Shown in pieces: positions 1 to 14,702 of a stretch of 64,000 nt of DNA (position 1 is the first letter of the stretch; each line of letters starts with the position of its first letter). The notes under the pieces were generated by a model that saw only the letters and a list, made by a program, of their open reading frames with translations, was not told the origin of the DNA and made no database searches. The DNA lies in contig CM126225.1 in assembly GCA_052327205.1 (NCBI GenBank), forward strand, positions 13,578,001-13,642,000, in the 5' to 3' direction. Source of the DNA: Somniosus microcephalus (lineage: Eukaryota). Made by a program: the position numbers and the translations under genes.

Positions 1-989
1 TATTGTGTGTGCCTGCAAGGAGTTTTCTACTAAAATTAGTGCGTATGGTTAAAATGGTGTCGCCATAGCCAAACTTGTGGCTAATCAGCAATTTCTATTG
101 GAGTGAATTAGTCTGCGACAGACCCAGACATGAGATGAGGCAAATCCCCAGTGGAACCATTGGTCCCAAGTCACCCGTTCCTGCCAAGCATGTTACACTT
201 ACCATATGTCATGGGTTATATAGTGAAAATTACTTGCATATTGGGAGTAATTACAGAGATGCACTGTGTGATTGTTAACTAAAACAGGTGACTGCCAATA
301 CAGGCAAAATATATAGTTCTGAAAACCATTGCAACTTTGAAAGCATTTCAAATTCATTTTCACCTCTGCCGATCCAGTACTGCTGCTCCACCAACATGAC
401 ATATCCACTTAAATCAGCTGAAACAGTCAACGAGAAACAAAGAGCTGAGACCACTACCTCAAGCACTTTGGCCAACTGCCTGTTCATTTCAGTAGCACAT
501 TAATACATCACAACCAGCTGTGGATATGATATGATATGATCCCAGACATGTAAAGCATTCCGATAAGCCAATGTTATTGCATTTGAAGCAGTACAGGAAC
601 AATTAGGCTTTGACGAAATGTCTGTTTACTGAAAAATGATTGATGTCACTATGTATTAAAAAACCTGCTTAAATTTAATACAGGGCAAGAATTAAAGTGG
701 AATCCAATACATTATTAAGTAAATGTTATTTTAACACGCAGTAGACTGCAGCGACAGCAAAGGAGATGCGGCTGAAGAGGAAATGAACTCTGATGAAGTC
801 ACTCAGAATTCTCCATTTTCATAAAAAGTTTCCAGCTTATTTCTTTAATCAGGACAGTCTGCGTTCACATATTTATGGTACCCACCCGAATTTACAATCC
901 TGTAATTACCAGCAAAAGATGCAATTAAGGACTCGCAGTTCCCATGATTACATTCAACCCCCGTGAACATATTACTTATATTTAAAACT

Positions 990-2310
990 AGTGCCCGACA
1001 CTGCTGATTGCAATATTCCATTGCACACCAACATCGATCCATCCGAACCACACAAAATTCAACCAGGTTTCCACACTATGACTGTTCCCCATTCTCCTGC
1101 CACCATTAATCCACCCTGCCTAGCCTCCGCTCTACTTCTTCCCAGGCCATCCATATCGTCTTCCAGCTCTGCTGCCCACTCTCCTCCAAATGCTGTAGCT
1201 CGAGTTCTGCTCTCTGCCTCAGTGACTTTAGGAACACCCTCTCTCCCTGGCCTCTACACTTACTTGACAATCTTTGGCCCCACATCCTGTATGAATGACA
1301 GACTACCCCCACCCATCTCCTCTTGCTGGAGTTCAGCTGCCAAGCTGCTTAGGCCTTGCACTAAGATGTCCGCTCCTACTGCCTAAATGCTGCATTTCCA
1401 CTCAGCCCAGTTTCCTTCACAGCCTGAGGTACCAACATTTTTACTCCCTTCCTGCCTCATTTCAGTTTTGTCACCTCTTCCTGGCCAAAGCCCCCCATTT
1501 CCACCCAGCTCAGAACCCGACCAAATCAAGCCCCAGTCTCTCTCCTACTAATGTTGCAGTGGCTCCCTGCACCCCCCAATGCATCAGTACTGATCGGGGT
1601 CTTGTTCCAGACCTATCACAATGGCCACAGGAAGACCATCTAGCCTGCAATAGCCCACGGTTCTGCCCTCCAACTTTGTCCCAAGCAAGGCCCAGCCCCT
1701 ATTCTTAAAGACCCCAGCCTGGCCCTCTCTTGCCTTCATCCTCCTGCTGCTTCCACACAGCCCAGCAGCACCATAGGTTATATTATATAGTCAAAAAGGA
1801 AGGTGTTGAAAATAAATGGGGAGGGTGGCCAAGTGGAGAGGTTTAGGAAGAGAATTCCAGGGTGACGCAGTCTGGTTCCTTAAGCCTCTGCCACCAGCAC
1901 TGGAACATGACAAAGTAGAAGCCAAATGTCGGAGGTGGGCACTCAAACTGATAAGAGGCGGTTGGGGCTAGGAGAGGGGATTGGCAATATAGGAGCTGTT
2001 GCAACCCACATGGATGGAAAACTGGATGACCTGGCTTGGCTCAAGGCTTGATTTTTTTTTTGCTCCACTCCAGCCGACATAAATTCAAACCCATCCAGAG
2101 GTCTGCTACTCGTACCCTACACTGTAGTGTCATGTACCTAGTCATATACTTAGCCTGCTCGTCACCAACCTTCATTGCTTCCCATCTCCCAGAACATCAA
2201 CTTCAAAAACCTAATTTTCAAATCCCACCATGGCCCCATGCTATGATGTCTCAGCAATCTTTTCCAGCCCGACAGCACAACATGCACCCTCTTCTTTCAA
2301 CTGGGCTTTA
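990..2310. mobile_element. Degraded L2-type LINE fragments
   Basis: C/T-rich old LINE-like sequence at ~990-1760, a minus-strand L2 tail-like piece (ggagaggtttaggaagagaattccag, ~1835-1900) and a plus-strand L2 3' piece at ~2080-2310 resembling 62270-62460. Confidence 0.45.
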
Positions 2311-4092
2311 AAAAATGAGACACACAAATTAAGCAAATCAGTAAAGTATCATGCTTGACAGGCATAGAGAGAGCGACAGAGAGAAGCACCGACTAACTTA
2401 AAGAGATAGTCAAAAGAATGGCAGAGTTGGTACCAGAGATCGTGACAATAAATGTGTAAGAGCCATTAAGAGTGAAAAAGAATGGAAGGCATACAGAAAT
2501 AGAGTTACTCAAAGAATTAGTGGCACACAAGCAAAACTGATAGTGAGAAAATTAAAAAAAAATCCATGAGCCGTGTCATGGGAGATCAAGTAATATTTAT
2601 TAAAAGTTGTTACCGAAGAGGGAAGACATTGTTAGTCTCCATATAGGATGCGTCATTAATGACATCACTCACCCATAATTCTAAGGCCATGGCAACTAAG
2701 CAGATCCAAACAAGTGAGCGGAGTGCGCTTTGGCCAGAGGAAACAGAGAACGGCGAAACAGTCACGTTAAGTGGAAAATGACAAGCAATGGAATGAGAGA
2801 AAACGACTTCCCATACTGGGCTTAGTTCTCTGTTAAAGGCTAAACGCCACTGTTCATACAAACCCGATGATCATTGTATCCACATTCTGTAAGGAAAATG
2901 TGTCTACTGGGGATCTGTTTTCATCAGAGGAGGTAATATATCTAATTTTATTGATTTCCATAACATATATAAAGTTTTGGGGCAGAGTAGCTTTGAAACT
3001 TAATGAAACCCCTGTGGTCTCTGTGGATTTATAAGTTTCTCTTCCAGTCAGCACTTCCAATGGAATAGTTATGATGGATTAGTCTGCATTATTACCATTT
3101 GATTAACCCAGAGTGGTGCCTGGAAATGTTAATTTCTATATTTTTTTCTCTAAATCAGCAGAAATAGGATTTTAAATATTCCTCTGCCGTGAATAAGAAT
3201 TTCAAAAGATTTATAGAATTCTAAAAATAATATTCACAACGCTTAACAATTTAGCTCGAAACAAAATTAAAAAGTCATCCACCATTTTTTTCATAATTTA
3301 TCATTTTGCGCATAAACTTCACGTTCAATAGCATTAAAATGGACTTGGGGCTTTGGATAATCAGGAGCTGCAGAAATAGGGTGACCTATGGTCTGAATGG
3401 TCAAAAGGAGGAATTCCCTATTCACCACACATGAAGACAATACATGGGAAACTAAACTTCAATGGGAATTGGACAATAGCTATCTAGCACATTATATTTG
3501 CTAGTTAGATAAAATCTTAAGCATTTTAACAGTGTTAGTGACCCACGGTTACACGAAAGGCACATTTTATAAGCTTCTAACTGAAGTTTCAGCATCCGGA
3601 TGCTGCACATTCGTTTGACAAAAAGCTTGAATAGGACAGTTTAAAGACAAAAATTGGAATGTGCAGAATAAATACTAATTCACTAAACAAGGGAATTAGA
3701 GACATATTTAAAATCAAAGAATTACATAAAATAGATCATATATAAAACCCACAGAAAAACATATTATACAATGTAACATACTAGCAGTTTTTAAACTGCG
3801 GAGACCTGACAAAGTTAAATTCACAAGTTCTAACAGGATTTAGTTGGACATTAAATTCAGAAATAGGTTCACTGCATCCTGTGATGATGAAAGTAACTGC
3901 AAGTTGAGAGAGAATATTCACAAAAGCATATTTTGACCACAAAAATAAAAACCTACCAGCATTCCGTTTGAAAGATTTGGTAGCTAATTATAACAGACGT
4001 AAAATTCAAAATGCAAACCGTAGCTACTTAAAGGTTAACGAGAGTCCCCAGCAACAGCAGCATATGTTATTTCAGGCTGGAAACCTCACTCA

Positions 4093-4260
<168 letters not shown>

Positions 4261-5272
4261 CTATTGTGCACACAGCACATACAATGGTTTAAACAGTCAG
4301 AGATCAGCAGCACTGCGATTGCCCAGCAAACTGATAATGTACAGTAAATCCTTTGATATGACAACACAGCAGTTCTTCCCATCACTGTACACACATTTCA
4401 GAAAAGGATATCCAAAAGATAATGCATATGCACGAATTCTGCTGTTCCTTTCATATAATTACTAGAATGAATTATATCTGACCACTTTCCTCCCAGCAGA
4501 GTAGAGGGAAAAAAATGCTAATCTGCAGACTGTAGCACGGAAAACGCAACCCAGTGCAAGTAACAGACGAGGCATCTCACAAACACACCTCACTGGGGAA
4601 TGAACCAAAACCTCTGGACCAGAAATGGCTGATAAAACTCTGATTTACTACTTGCTGCCTCTAGCAATCCAGTCAAAGGAGCAATGACAGACCTTTGTCT
4701 AGAAATAACCTAGTGTTAGAGAGGAAAAAAAAGCCCTTTTATTTTAAAAGAATATACTGAACATAGAAATGAATAGGCAAGAGAAAAAATGCATCCACAA
4801 TCTTTGCTGTAGACTCAGTATCAACAAAACGACTTAAGACTAGAAACAATTTTAAAAAATCATTCTTAAAAATTGAGCTACAATAGTGCTCATAATTTTG
4901 CATTCAGCAATTTAATTAAAAGACATACAGAATATTAGTAAAATAATTGAAATCAAAACTGTGGTCACCATCATAACCATGGACTAGAGAATTGCTATTC
5001 AAACAGTTACTTAGAAGCTCACATACTGAAGTGTAGGTAACACCACTGCTGTCATGCCAGCAAAAGGATTTCCACAAAACTTGCTAGCCTTACAAGTCAA
5101 GCTGGTTCCAATTTAAATATTGGAAAGTAATTTAAAAAACACATACTATACAAGGTGCACTGGTATATATAAAATCCAATGTGAAGATGTGATTTATGCA
5201 ACAAATTGCATAGCAGGTCTATTACTGCAAGGTAAAGAAATCAAACACTCTACACTGAAGGACAAGAATGAT

Positions 5273-5940
5273 GACTCAAAAATTGCTGTCAAAATAATGG
5301 CAAGGCTAAATGCCACAGCAACTTCAGGCGAGGGGAGATATGCAATTAAACGTGGAAATCGAGAAGATGCTGTTGGAAATGCGCCGCTCCACCGATAGCT
5401 TTGCAGAAACGGCATCTCGTTGTCTGCTTCACTATTCAAATTATTTGAACAGTTTGAAGGTCTTGTACTTGCACTGTAGATACGCAGTAACCTCACCACA
5501 GAAAGTTAGGACTTATCCATTTCAGTCTAAGTACGCTTTTAATGGCATCATAAATGTTAATTACTGCAAAACATCCTCTCTGGCACTGAAAATTAACTAG
5601 TACAAGCATAGAGTCTCATTCCTTCAGCTTTCAATTGTTGTTGGAGATTTTTTTTTTTTTAAACATTTTTTTAAAAACTTTTTGTCTCTTTTTTTTCCCT
5701 CTCTTGATCCAAACTTCCTTTCCCACTTTGTACCTGATTTGCCATTGAATTCACAATTCTAAATTACACTTCCTTGCACTGTTAAATGCAATCTGATTGG
5801 TAGCTTGCCCTGTTCAAGCAGATCCCAAAACACACTTCCAGCAACTTGCAGAGCAAAATATAATGGAGATTAAACGGGCAAGGGCAAGTCTAACTAATGG
5901 CAGCCACTGCTCGTTGACCGGTTATAGGAATTTTTGGGTC
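5273..5940. mobile_element. Old non-autonomous DNA transposon (PIF/Harbinger-like), related to 28601-29464
   Basis: Imperfect TIR gactcaaaaatt...aatttttgggtc. Internal motifs (gagtctcattcct, pyrimidine tract, tgattgg/cattgg region) are colinear with the 28601-29464 element. Confidence 0.5.
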
Positions 5941-8390
5941 TATACCTCTACCATATAAAGCTGCCAAACAATGCTGTGCATTTCTCTGCATGTCCAATCC
6001 TACAAGCAAATATTTCACCAAAACCTTCCTCAGTGCCACACATTACAACAGGATCGGATTCTTCTATATTATGTTTATACTGTACGTTGTGTCTCACCTC
6101 CAAACATTACATTTTCAAACTTCCTCCATCGATTACGCAGATTGAATAATCTGATGCATGGACTGAGGCCATCACTGGTTACTTCTTGATCGGCAGACAC
6201 AAGATATTCGATTCTCTCCCTGCTATCTGAGGTGCCGCACTCAGTAACTAGCTACAAGTACTGAAACTTGCCCATTAAGAGGAATGGAATTTGAAAGTGT
6301 GATCAGTATTCTGGTTCACTGTAACTTTAAAACACGTCCCAAAACACATCCGCAAGATTCAACATCAATCTAACCAGAGGAAAATATCATTCCTAGTTTG
6401 AATAAAAGAAATGATCACTCCTCGGCAACAAACTCCCTGTGATGTACAGGAACTAAGTGGAAGGCATTGTCCCTAAAGCTCATGGACAGATGGTCAATGC
6501 TCTAACAACTTAGGATATGGGGCAGGCAGAGAGTAATTGATGACATAGTCATTACTGGTATTGTTGCAGAGTCAATGCCCAGAATGTCACTGCCGCTACA
6601 AAAATAACTTCTGACATAATTCTAAAAATTGGCACAGATATCAAGGGAGTGGCAAATGTTGCTGAGAAGAAAGGCGTCATCAACACAGCAGATACTGAGG
6701 CAGGCCAGGCCACCGCAAGCAAAAACATCAGAATAGAACTCGTTGGCAGAAGGGGGCAAATGGCAAACAGGTTTTTGTAGACAAGCTAATATTGATGTTC
6801 CTCTAAGATTCTCCTCGCACATCCAGCTATAGTGTACTACAGTATAGAGTTATTGTTCCAGAATTCACCCATGATTCTCCTATACAGAATACCTAGCAGA
6901 ATCTGTTGGTGTGCGGTTTCTACCACAAGTGAACAATCACAAATTGGTAATGCTAGTACTGAGTCGCGTAGCAACCATCACAAATGGTGCCAATATTATA
7001 TTTCACTGGAGCCTTTATGTCCAATTTATACTGCACCTTTAATTTGTTGAACTTTTTGAAGACTTGCAGAAAGGGAATGGTTTCCTGCAACTTATGGAGA
7101 TAAAAGCCTTAAAGATGAATCATCTGTGAGCTGCATATAGCTGGAGACTTAATGAACTAAGCCACTGTGGGAGCTGTCATTTTAAAATTAATATATTTTG
7201 TGTTTTAATGTACATCTCAGTGGATGCATATTCTTAGCACGTTGGTTGCAGGGCAGCTGCAACCACTGCTAGATAATTGAGTTACAAAAAAATTAATAAA
7301 AATCTTAATGACCATTTTAGGGAATAACTAATCAATTAAATTGCTCAATGTCTATTAACAGGGATCCATAGCAATTGGCACCTACTGATAAGGTCCCTAG
7401 ACAGCCTCCATCAGTAGCTCCAAACAGAGAGCACAGCACAAGAGATGGCAGTATGAGTACAACATGGTGCATGAATTGTTGTTTAAAAATTCATTCGCTG
7501 ATTTCAGTAGCCTGTTTGTATTACTAGCCAAGAAGAAAAAAACGATAGCTGAGTCACATAAATCTTCAGATCGTAACTGGGTCACATAGCAACCATGACA
7601 TTTTTTTTTCAACACTTACTTTTACTTCATTTATAATTCATGAAGACCCTGCGCCTGACCCCTGGAGTCAAGACTTTCAAAAACACATTGATATTCAGAG
7701 CTGTTCTTCTAACTTTAAAACATGCTCCAAATAAATAATTGCTGTAGTCTACAATCCACTGACAGCCTTTTAACTGACCTAATCGTTAAAAGTTCAACTT
7801 CCAAGCCAGCAAGTCTACAGTCCTATTTACATGTAGTGATATGGAATCACTGCCCATAAATCCATTGCATTCTCTCTGCCGTCACCCCCCATCAGTACAG
7901 ATCTGACCCTTTGCCTTAGTTTTGCGCACACGACATTAGGTACAAAGTGCTGGCTCCCATGGGAGTAAAGGAAAGGTGGTAATGGAAGAGAGAGATTTCT
8001 CCAGCGCTTCAGTTACTCCCTCAAGAATTTGTTTATATTTGATGCTGACTTACCTTTTCGTTAGTAAGCCATTTCTCAACATGGTAGAAAATTGTAAAAC
8101 TGTACCACAGGTACTTCAAAAAGTCTTGAAATATCAATATTGCGCACAACCTTATCTGAAAATCCTATTTGTTCCATACAGAGCATAATCTGAACCTCCA
8201 GTTTTTAAGAAAGTATTTTGTACTGTAGTTTCATTGAAGTGCTAAACGGCAACATACTGAACAAGTGGTGCAGATGCAGCAGGGATGCTGGAAATATTTA
8301 GGTTGTGCAATCTGATCTTGTTTGTGTTTCAGGTACACAACAGATTGAGGCTAGCTTCAAACTGCGAATTCTAGCAGTGGAAGAAACAAC

Positions 8391-9134
8391 GGCCCTGAAA
8401 TTGTGGTGTCTTCGACGGCATACTCTCAGAGTACGCCATCGTATTCTCTTTGGAAGGCCTGGAAAGTTCCGGATTTCCACGTGTGCTGCGCAAAATCTGG
8501 AAGTTGCGATCTGTCAAGGTTCGCCTTGACAGATCATCCAAACTGACTGAAAAATGAGTATTGCTGGCGCAGAATGTGCCCAACAACTGCCCACGCAACT
8601 CTTACGGCTGGTAAAAGCAGGCATAGGGCCAGTTTTCATCAGCACAGAGGTATATATAAAGCTTAAATAAAACATTTAAAAATCCAAAATTATGCTCACA
8701 TTTTAAACGAGTGTATGCAAATATCAGCCCAGGTTAAGATGTTTAAAATTATTTATCAAAAAATGTAATTTTTATTGAGATTGGTGCAATGAAGGGACTT
8801 AAAAATAAAATTGCAATTCAGTACATTTATAATCGTTAGAATTCTGTAAATTGTATAATTATTTGGGGATTTCATTACATATCATTAGAGGATTCACTTC
8901 CTAAATGATTGCAATGGAATCCTCCTTTGTCATTGGAAGACTAGGCCCACGTAATCCCACGGACGCTTCTGAGCCGCCTGCGTCCCTAGGACCCGTGGGC
9001 CTTTATGCTGCCGCACGCTTTGAGGCCCGAGGCCACAACTCTTCGCATCCTGGACGCCTGGAGGTAAATTCGGAAATGTTTTACGGGTCGGAGGCATACT
9101 CCGGAGGTACGCTTCCGACTGCAATTTCTGGGCC
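8391..9134. mobile_element. Non-autonomous DNA transposon (PIF/Harbinger-like MITE), copy 1
   Basis: TIR ggccctgaaattg...caatttctgggcc, GC-rich ends with subterminal hairpins and an AT-rich core. A second copy is at ~11504-12212. Confidence 0.7.
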
Positions 9135-9149
9135 AATATGTAGTTGTAC

Positions 9150-10170
9150 AAGGTTGTAGTTATAGGGGATTTTATAATTAGGGGATAGATAGTATTCTAT
9201 GCAGACAGGATCGAGAGTCCCGAAGGGTGCGCTGCCTACCCACTGCCAGGGTAAGGAACATTTCGAAATGTCTGGAAAAGAATCTGGAAAGGGAGGGGGA
9301 GGATCCAGTTGTCGTGCTCATGTCAGAACCAACGACATAGAAAATTTTGGGGAAGAGGTCCTGCTAACGGAGTACAAGTTAGGAGCTAAATGGAAAAGCA
9401 GGACCTCACGGGTCCCAAGATTATTACCCGAGCCGCGTGCAAATTGGTATAGGGATAAACAGATTAGGAAAGTCAACACATTGCTGAAGGAGTGGTGTGG
9501 AAAGGAGGGGTTCCATTTCATGGGACAATGGCATCAGTACTAGAACAGAAAGCTGTACCGTTGGGATGAGCTGCACCTGAACCGGGACCGAGGTCCGAGC
9601 GGAAAGGAGAACTAGGGCTGTAAATAAGACTTTAAACTAATAACATGGGGGAGAGAGCTAGAAATGACAGAAACCTAATAAAAGAATCAGGAAAAGAGAG
9701 TAAAGGACAAACTAATGGAAGGAATAAGGATAACACGAATGGCCAGAAATCGGATAAAGTCAGAGCATAAAGGTAAAATTTCTACTAAAAACGAGAGCAA
9801 TAATAAACAAAAGCAATTTAAACTGTTGGTACAGCAATGCACATAGTATTCAAAACAAAATGGATGAACTGGAGGCAATAATTTGTAGAGGATCTGGATA
9901 TAGCAGGGATGACTGAAACATGGCTACATAGAGAACAGGATTGGCAACTAAATATTGCAGGACATAACAGATTTAGGAAGTAAAGGGAAGAAAAGAGGGG
10001 AGGTAGACGAGCTGTACTAGTTAAAGGTAACATAATGGCAGAAGAAAAAAAATTAGCAGTAAGATAGATACAGAATCCATAGGGATTGAGTGAAAAGATA
10101 ATAAGGGACCCATCACCCTAATACGGGTATACTACAGACCACCACAAATAGTGGAAGGGAGTTGGAGGAT
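9150..10170 (+). mobile_element. CR1 LINE 5' fragment: decayed ORF1 esterase (SGNH/GDSL-like) and start of ORF2 AP endonuclease
   Basis: Frameshifted translations VVVIGD.IIRG...RRVRCLP.ARV, VNTLLKEWCGKEGFHFMGQW (ORF 9199..9543), IAGMTETWL...QDWQLNIAG and RVYYRPP. Confidence 0.85.
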
Positions 10171-11503
10171 GTGACACTGACATTGCTATGCCGTTATCAG
10201 ACCGACGTTATAGCAATTTGCGGTGCAAATACAGTGCGATGTCAATGGTGAGCATAAAAGTCTAATTAACGTCATTCGCCACCAAACACACCATTGCAGC
10301 AATTTGAGGCTCATTAACTCTCCCAATGTGGCATCTAAATTGGAAACCCCCATTATTTACACTACAATCATTCACCTTCCCAAGTATCCACCAGAACTTT
10401 CACTGAACAAAGCAGTGCGCAAGATGTTGCTTAATTCTATAGGTCATTCACCAATCTCCTCCTGCAGAACATAAAGTCAAACCTTGCGAACAACAAATCA
10501 CCTTCATGCATTTGTCTTCATTGCTACACCAATGCCCAAGTCTCAGAAAAGAAGGTCTGAATAGCTTACTGTTTTGCCTCTTTTTAAATACTTAGCATTA
10601 TTTCATTGAAGTTTGCCTGAAATCAGTTCTAAATTTACTGGAACATAAGAATGACATCAAATTTCTATTAAAAGTCATGTCAGTAAACATAAACAAAACA
10701 GTGATGACTGTAGAAAATACAGTTTTACACACAGCAAGACCTCCTGCCACTCCATCATTCTGGAAGAAAATGTGAAATGTTTAGGTTAACAGCTTTGGTA
10801 TACTACAGCAAACAATTGTTAGCTTTTTTCTTAAATTGCTTAACAGTTTATACCCCTCCCCCCGCCCCTAGTACTGTACATTTTCCACTCTCTGCCTGCC
10901 TTGAGCCGACTACAAGAACTCGGTTCTGACCCTTCCCGTTTTTTTAAGAAACATCTGGCTTCTCAACATCAGCCCAAAGACAGCCAAAATCACAAAAATT
11001 GTGGGGATCTGTAAAAACCATCACCACACAAGCAATTTGCTTTCACCCAATAAATTTCTTTCCTGTTTCTAAATAATAGACTAGTGCTACTAACCCAATT
11101 TATTAGCCTTAATAATCAAGCAGTCACTGAAGTCTGAGTGGCGTTCACACCTTACTTGATTGCAAGGCAAAAAGAATAATTATCCACAACAAAAGCCAAT
11201 GCACTTTGGAAAAGAAAACAGAACTGTTCACTTAAATGAGTACAGAGTATACACAGCACCACCTAATGGAATTTTTAAAAGATATACGACAGGCTTTTGT
11301 AAAAACAGCATTTTTCTATAAATCGCATACTGCACGAACAAATGCAAGAATAAGGAGAGCAAAAAGAGAGAACAAGAATCCACTAAGAGACTATGTCAAA
11401 GCAGATCTATGAATCATATCTATAATTTCCCCCACATCTTTTTAGTACTTCATATTGAGCCTGAATTTCAAGGAGTACAGAACGAGAGAGAGAATATTTT
11501 ACA

Positions 11504-12212
11504 AGGTACGCCCAGACAGATCTATTGAACCGACAGAGAAACCACTTTTGCTGGCGCAGAATTGGACTACTTGCCCAACTACTGCCCAGCAATTGCCCAC
11601 GAAACTCTTACGGCTTAAAAAGCAGGCATAGGGCCTGCTCTCAACAGCGCAAGGGTTGATATGAAACTTAAATTAAAAAGTAATTTTTAAAAATGATGCA
11701 CAAGCACAAATGCTCTACAGAGAGCCGACACGGACTCGGTGGACTGAATGGCCTCCTTCTGTGCTGTTATGACTATGACTTAAAAATTAGTTTATACAAA
11801 TATTGGCCCGGATTAAAATGTTTAAAATTATTTTTCAAAAAATTACATTTTTATTGTATTTGGTGTAATTAAGGGGATTTTAATTAAATTTGAAAACCAG
11901 AATATTTATATTTATTAAGAGTTGTCTAAATTGTTTCATTATTTGGGGATTCCATTGCATGTCATTAGGGGATTCCGTTCAGAAATAACTGCAATGGAAT
12001 CCTCCTTGCTCATTGGAGAACCTGGCCCATGTGATCCCAGGGATGCTTCTGAACCGCCTGCGTCCCACAGATCCGTGGGCCTTTATGCAGGCCTATGCCT
12101 GGAGGCACAGGACCCGAACAATGCGTAACTGTGGAGCCAAGAAGTTGTTCGGAAATATTTCGCCGGTCAGAGGCGTACTCTGGAGGTATGAGGTACGCCT
12201 CCGACCGCAATT
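11504..12212. mobile_element. Copy 2 of the 8391-9134 MITE family, truncated, with a short CR1 3' tail inserted at ~11712-11780
   Basis: Colinear similarity to 8516-9125 (tgctggcgcagaat, tgcaatggaatcctcctt, gcctgcgtccc). Confidence 0.8.
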
Positions 12213-12224
12213 ATTTATATAATG

Positions 12225-13323
12225 AGATTAAAGGGATTGTGGCACCGTGGATATGAAATTGGCCAAGAGGCAGAAAGCAGAGAGTAGTGGTGAACGGTTG
12301 TTTTTCAGACCAGAGGGAGGTATACAGTGGTGTCCCCCAGAGATCAGTATTAGGATCACTGCTCTTTTTGTTATACATTAATGACCTGGACTTGGATATA
12401 TAGGACATCATTTCGAAGTTTGTAGATGACACAAAACTTGGAAACATAGTAAACAGTGAGGAGGATAGTAACAGAATTCAGATGGACAGACAGATTGGTG
12501 AAATGGGCAAACACATGGCAGATGCAATTTAATGCAGAGAAGAGTGAAGTGCTGCATTTTGGTAGGAAGAATGAGGAGAGGCAATATAAACTAAATGGTA
12601 CAATTTTAAAGGGGGTGCAGGAACAGAGAGACCTGGGGGTTTATGTGTACAAATCTTTTAAGGTGGCAGGACAAGTTGAGAAGGCTGTTACCAAAGCATA
12701 CGGGATCCTTGGCTTTATAAATAGAGTACAAAATCGAATAAGTTATGCTATAACTTTACAAATCACTAGTTAGGCCCAAGCTGGAGTATTGTGGCCAATT
12801 CTGAGCACCACACTTTAGGAAGGATGTCAAGACCTTAGAGGTTGCAGAGGAGATTTACTGGAATAGTATCAGGGATGAGGGACTTCAGTTACATGGAGAG
12901 ACTAGAAAAGCTGGGGTTGTTCTCCGTAGAGCAGAAAAAGTTAAGGGAGATTTCATAGAGGTGTTCAAAATCATGAAGGGGTTTGATAGAGTAAATAAAG
13001 AAACTGCTTCCAGTGGCAGAAGGGTCAGTAACCAGAGGACACAGATTCAAGGTAATTGGCAAAAGAACCAGAGGAGAGACGAGATTTTTTTTTTTTTTAC
13101 GCAGCGAGTTATGATGATCTGGAGTGCACCACCTGCAAAGGGTGGTGGAAGCAGATTCAATAATAACTTTGAAAAGGGACTTGGATAAATACTTGAAGGG
13201 GAAAAAATTGCAGAGCTATCAGGAAAGAGCAGGGGAGTGGACTAATTGGAGAGCTCTTTCAAAGAGCCGGCACAGGCATGATGGGCTGAATGGTCTCCTT
13301 CTGTGCTGTTATCATACTATGAT
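12225..13323 (+). mobile_element. CR1 LINE 3' portion (RT C-terminus and 3' UTR)
   Basis: ORF 12456..12773 contains WQMQFNAEKSEVLHFG...EQRDLGV...KAYGILGFI, followed by a CR1-type 3' UTR ending in ctatgatt. Confidence 0.92.
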
Positions 13324-14148
13324 TGCACAACTTTTCTCAGCAGCATATAATATAATTTTATACATTTTGCTGAGAATGATCAGGGATTAGGAGAACTATA
13401 GTTAGTTGGTTTCGAAAATTTATACATTTGGATAAATATTTACAAGAGATTTACCTGTTACGCACAAGGGGGTCACAGCCAAGTTCAGCGATCCGGTTGC
13501 ACCACTTTAGGGTTTGATGTATCTGAAGAGTGCATCTATACTGCACCTATACAATAGCAGCAAAGCAGTTTCTACTTCGCTGCAACAGTGAAGTTTCATT
13601 GCAAGTCAGGAGTGGGCAGGATATACATGCACAGAATTCTCAACTGGGCAGCAAAATTGAAGTTTCAGTTAGGCTACACAAATGGGGTACCACCTGAAGG
13701 AAATGCACATTGCACGAACCAATCTCAAGACTAGCACCTAATTGCACCTGCAAAATAATTAGGTCAATCTTTACAATTTAGGCTTTCGATTAGCTGGGAC
13801 AATGGCCTTTGGAGTCGGTTTTCTGTCATTTACAAGGTACTTTTTAGCTCGATCATTGTAGAATTATTAAAAGAATGTCAGGCAGCTCACAAGTGCCTTT
13901 AGCATTGACTTTAAGCCTAACTTTGCACTGGTTACATTCTCTCCACCGTCACAATCTGCACGGGTGAAAATGCTCTGGATAATTAGCCAGCCCAAAAGAA
14001 TCATGCACTTTGTCATGTTGAGCTAAGAAAAGTTTCTATAAACATGGAGAAAGAGTACCATGAGTGAGTAAAGACTAAGATAAATTCAAGACCACCCACA
14101 ATATCAAAGTAATCCCTTGAATGCCCTTAAGGGTGGCGAGTTTTTGGG

Positions 14149-14345
14149 TCATAGAATCATAGAAATTTACAGCACAGGAGGCCATCCGGCCCATCTTGCC
14201 CGTGCCAGCCAACAAAGAGCTCGCCACCCTAATCCCACTTTCCAGCACCTGGTCCGTAGCCTTGTAGGATATGCCATTTCAAGTGCATAGCCAAGTACTT
14301 TTTAAATGTGATGAGGGTCTCTACCTCTACCATCCTTTCAGGCAG
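14149..14345 (-). mobile_element. Short CR1 3' end
   Basis: catagaatcatagaa tail followed by acagcacaggaggccatccggccc, as in the other CR1 ends. Confidence 0.75.
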
Positions 14346-14702
14346 TGTCCTGCATCTTTAATCTCTCCAGGCAATCCCCTAGACTCGATCGCTATTACAA
14401 CTACAACATTTGTCACGGGCCAAGGAAGGCTCCCCATCCCACTCCCCATTTTCATTCAATACTGCTGGAGCCTCTCCCTGTAGTCTGGGCCTGAAACAAT
14501 TAGTCTAAAAGAGGATCCAGCTGCGACATCAATCATGTACTGACATCCACTATGACATTCCTTAAACAGAAAGTTGTATTATAGCTGCAATCTATTAGAA
14601 ATATATAAAAACATGAAAATTAAAGGAGGAAAGGTTCTTTGGTCCATTACCCTCATGACATCGAATTATACTCTCAATAACCCCGAATGAAAGAGGTTTC
14701 CC

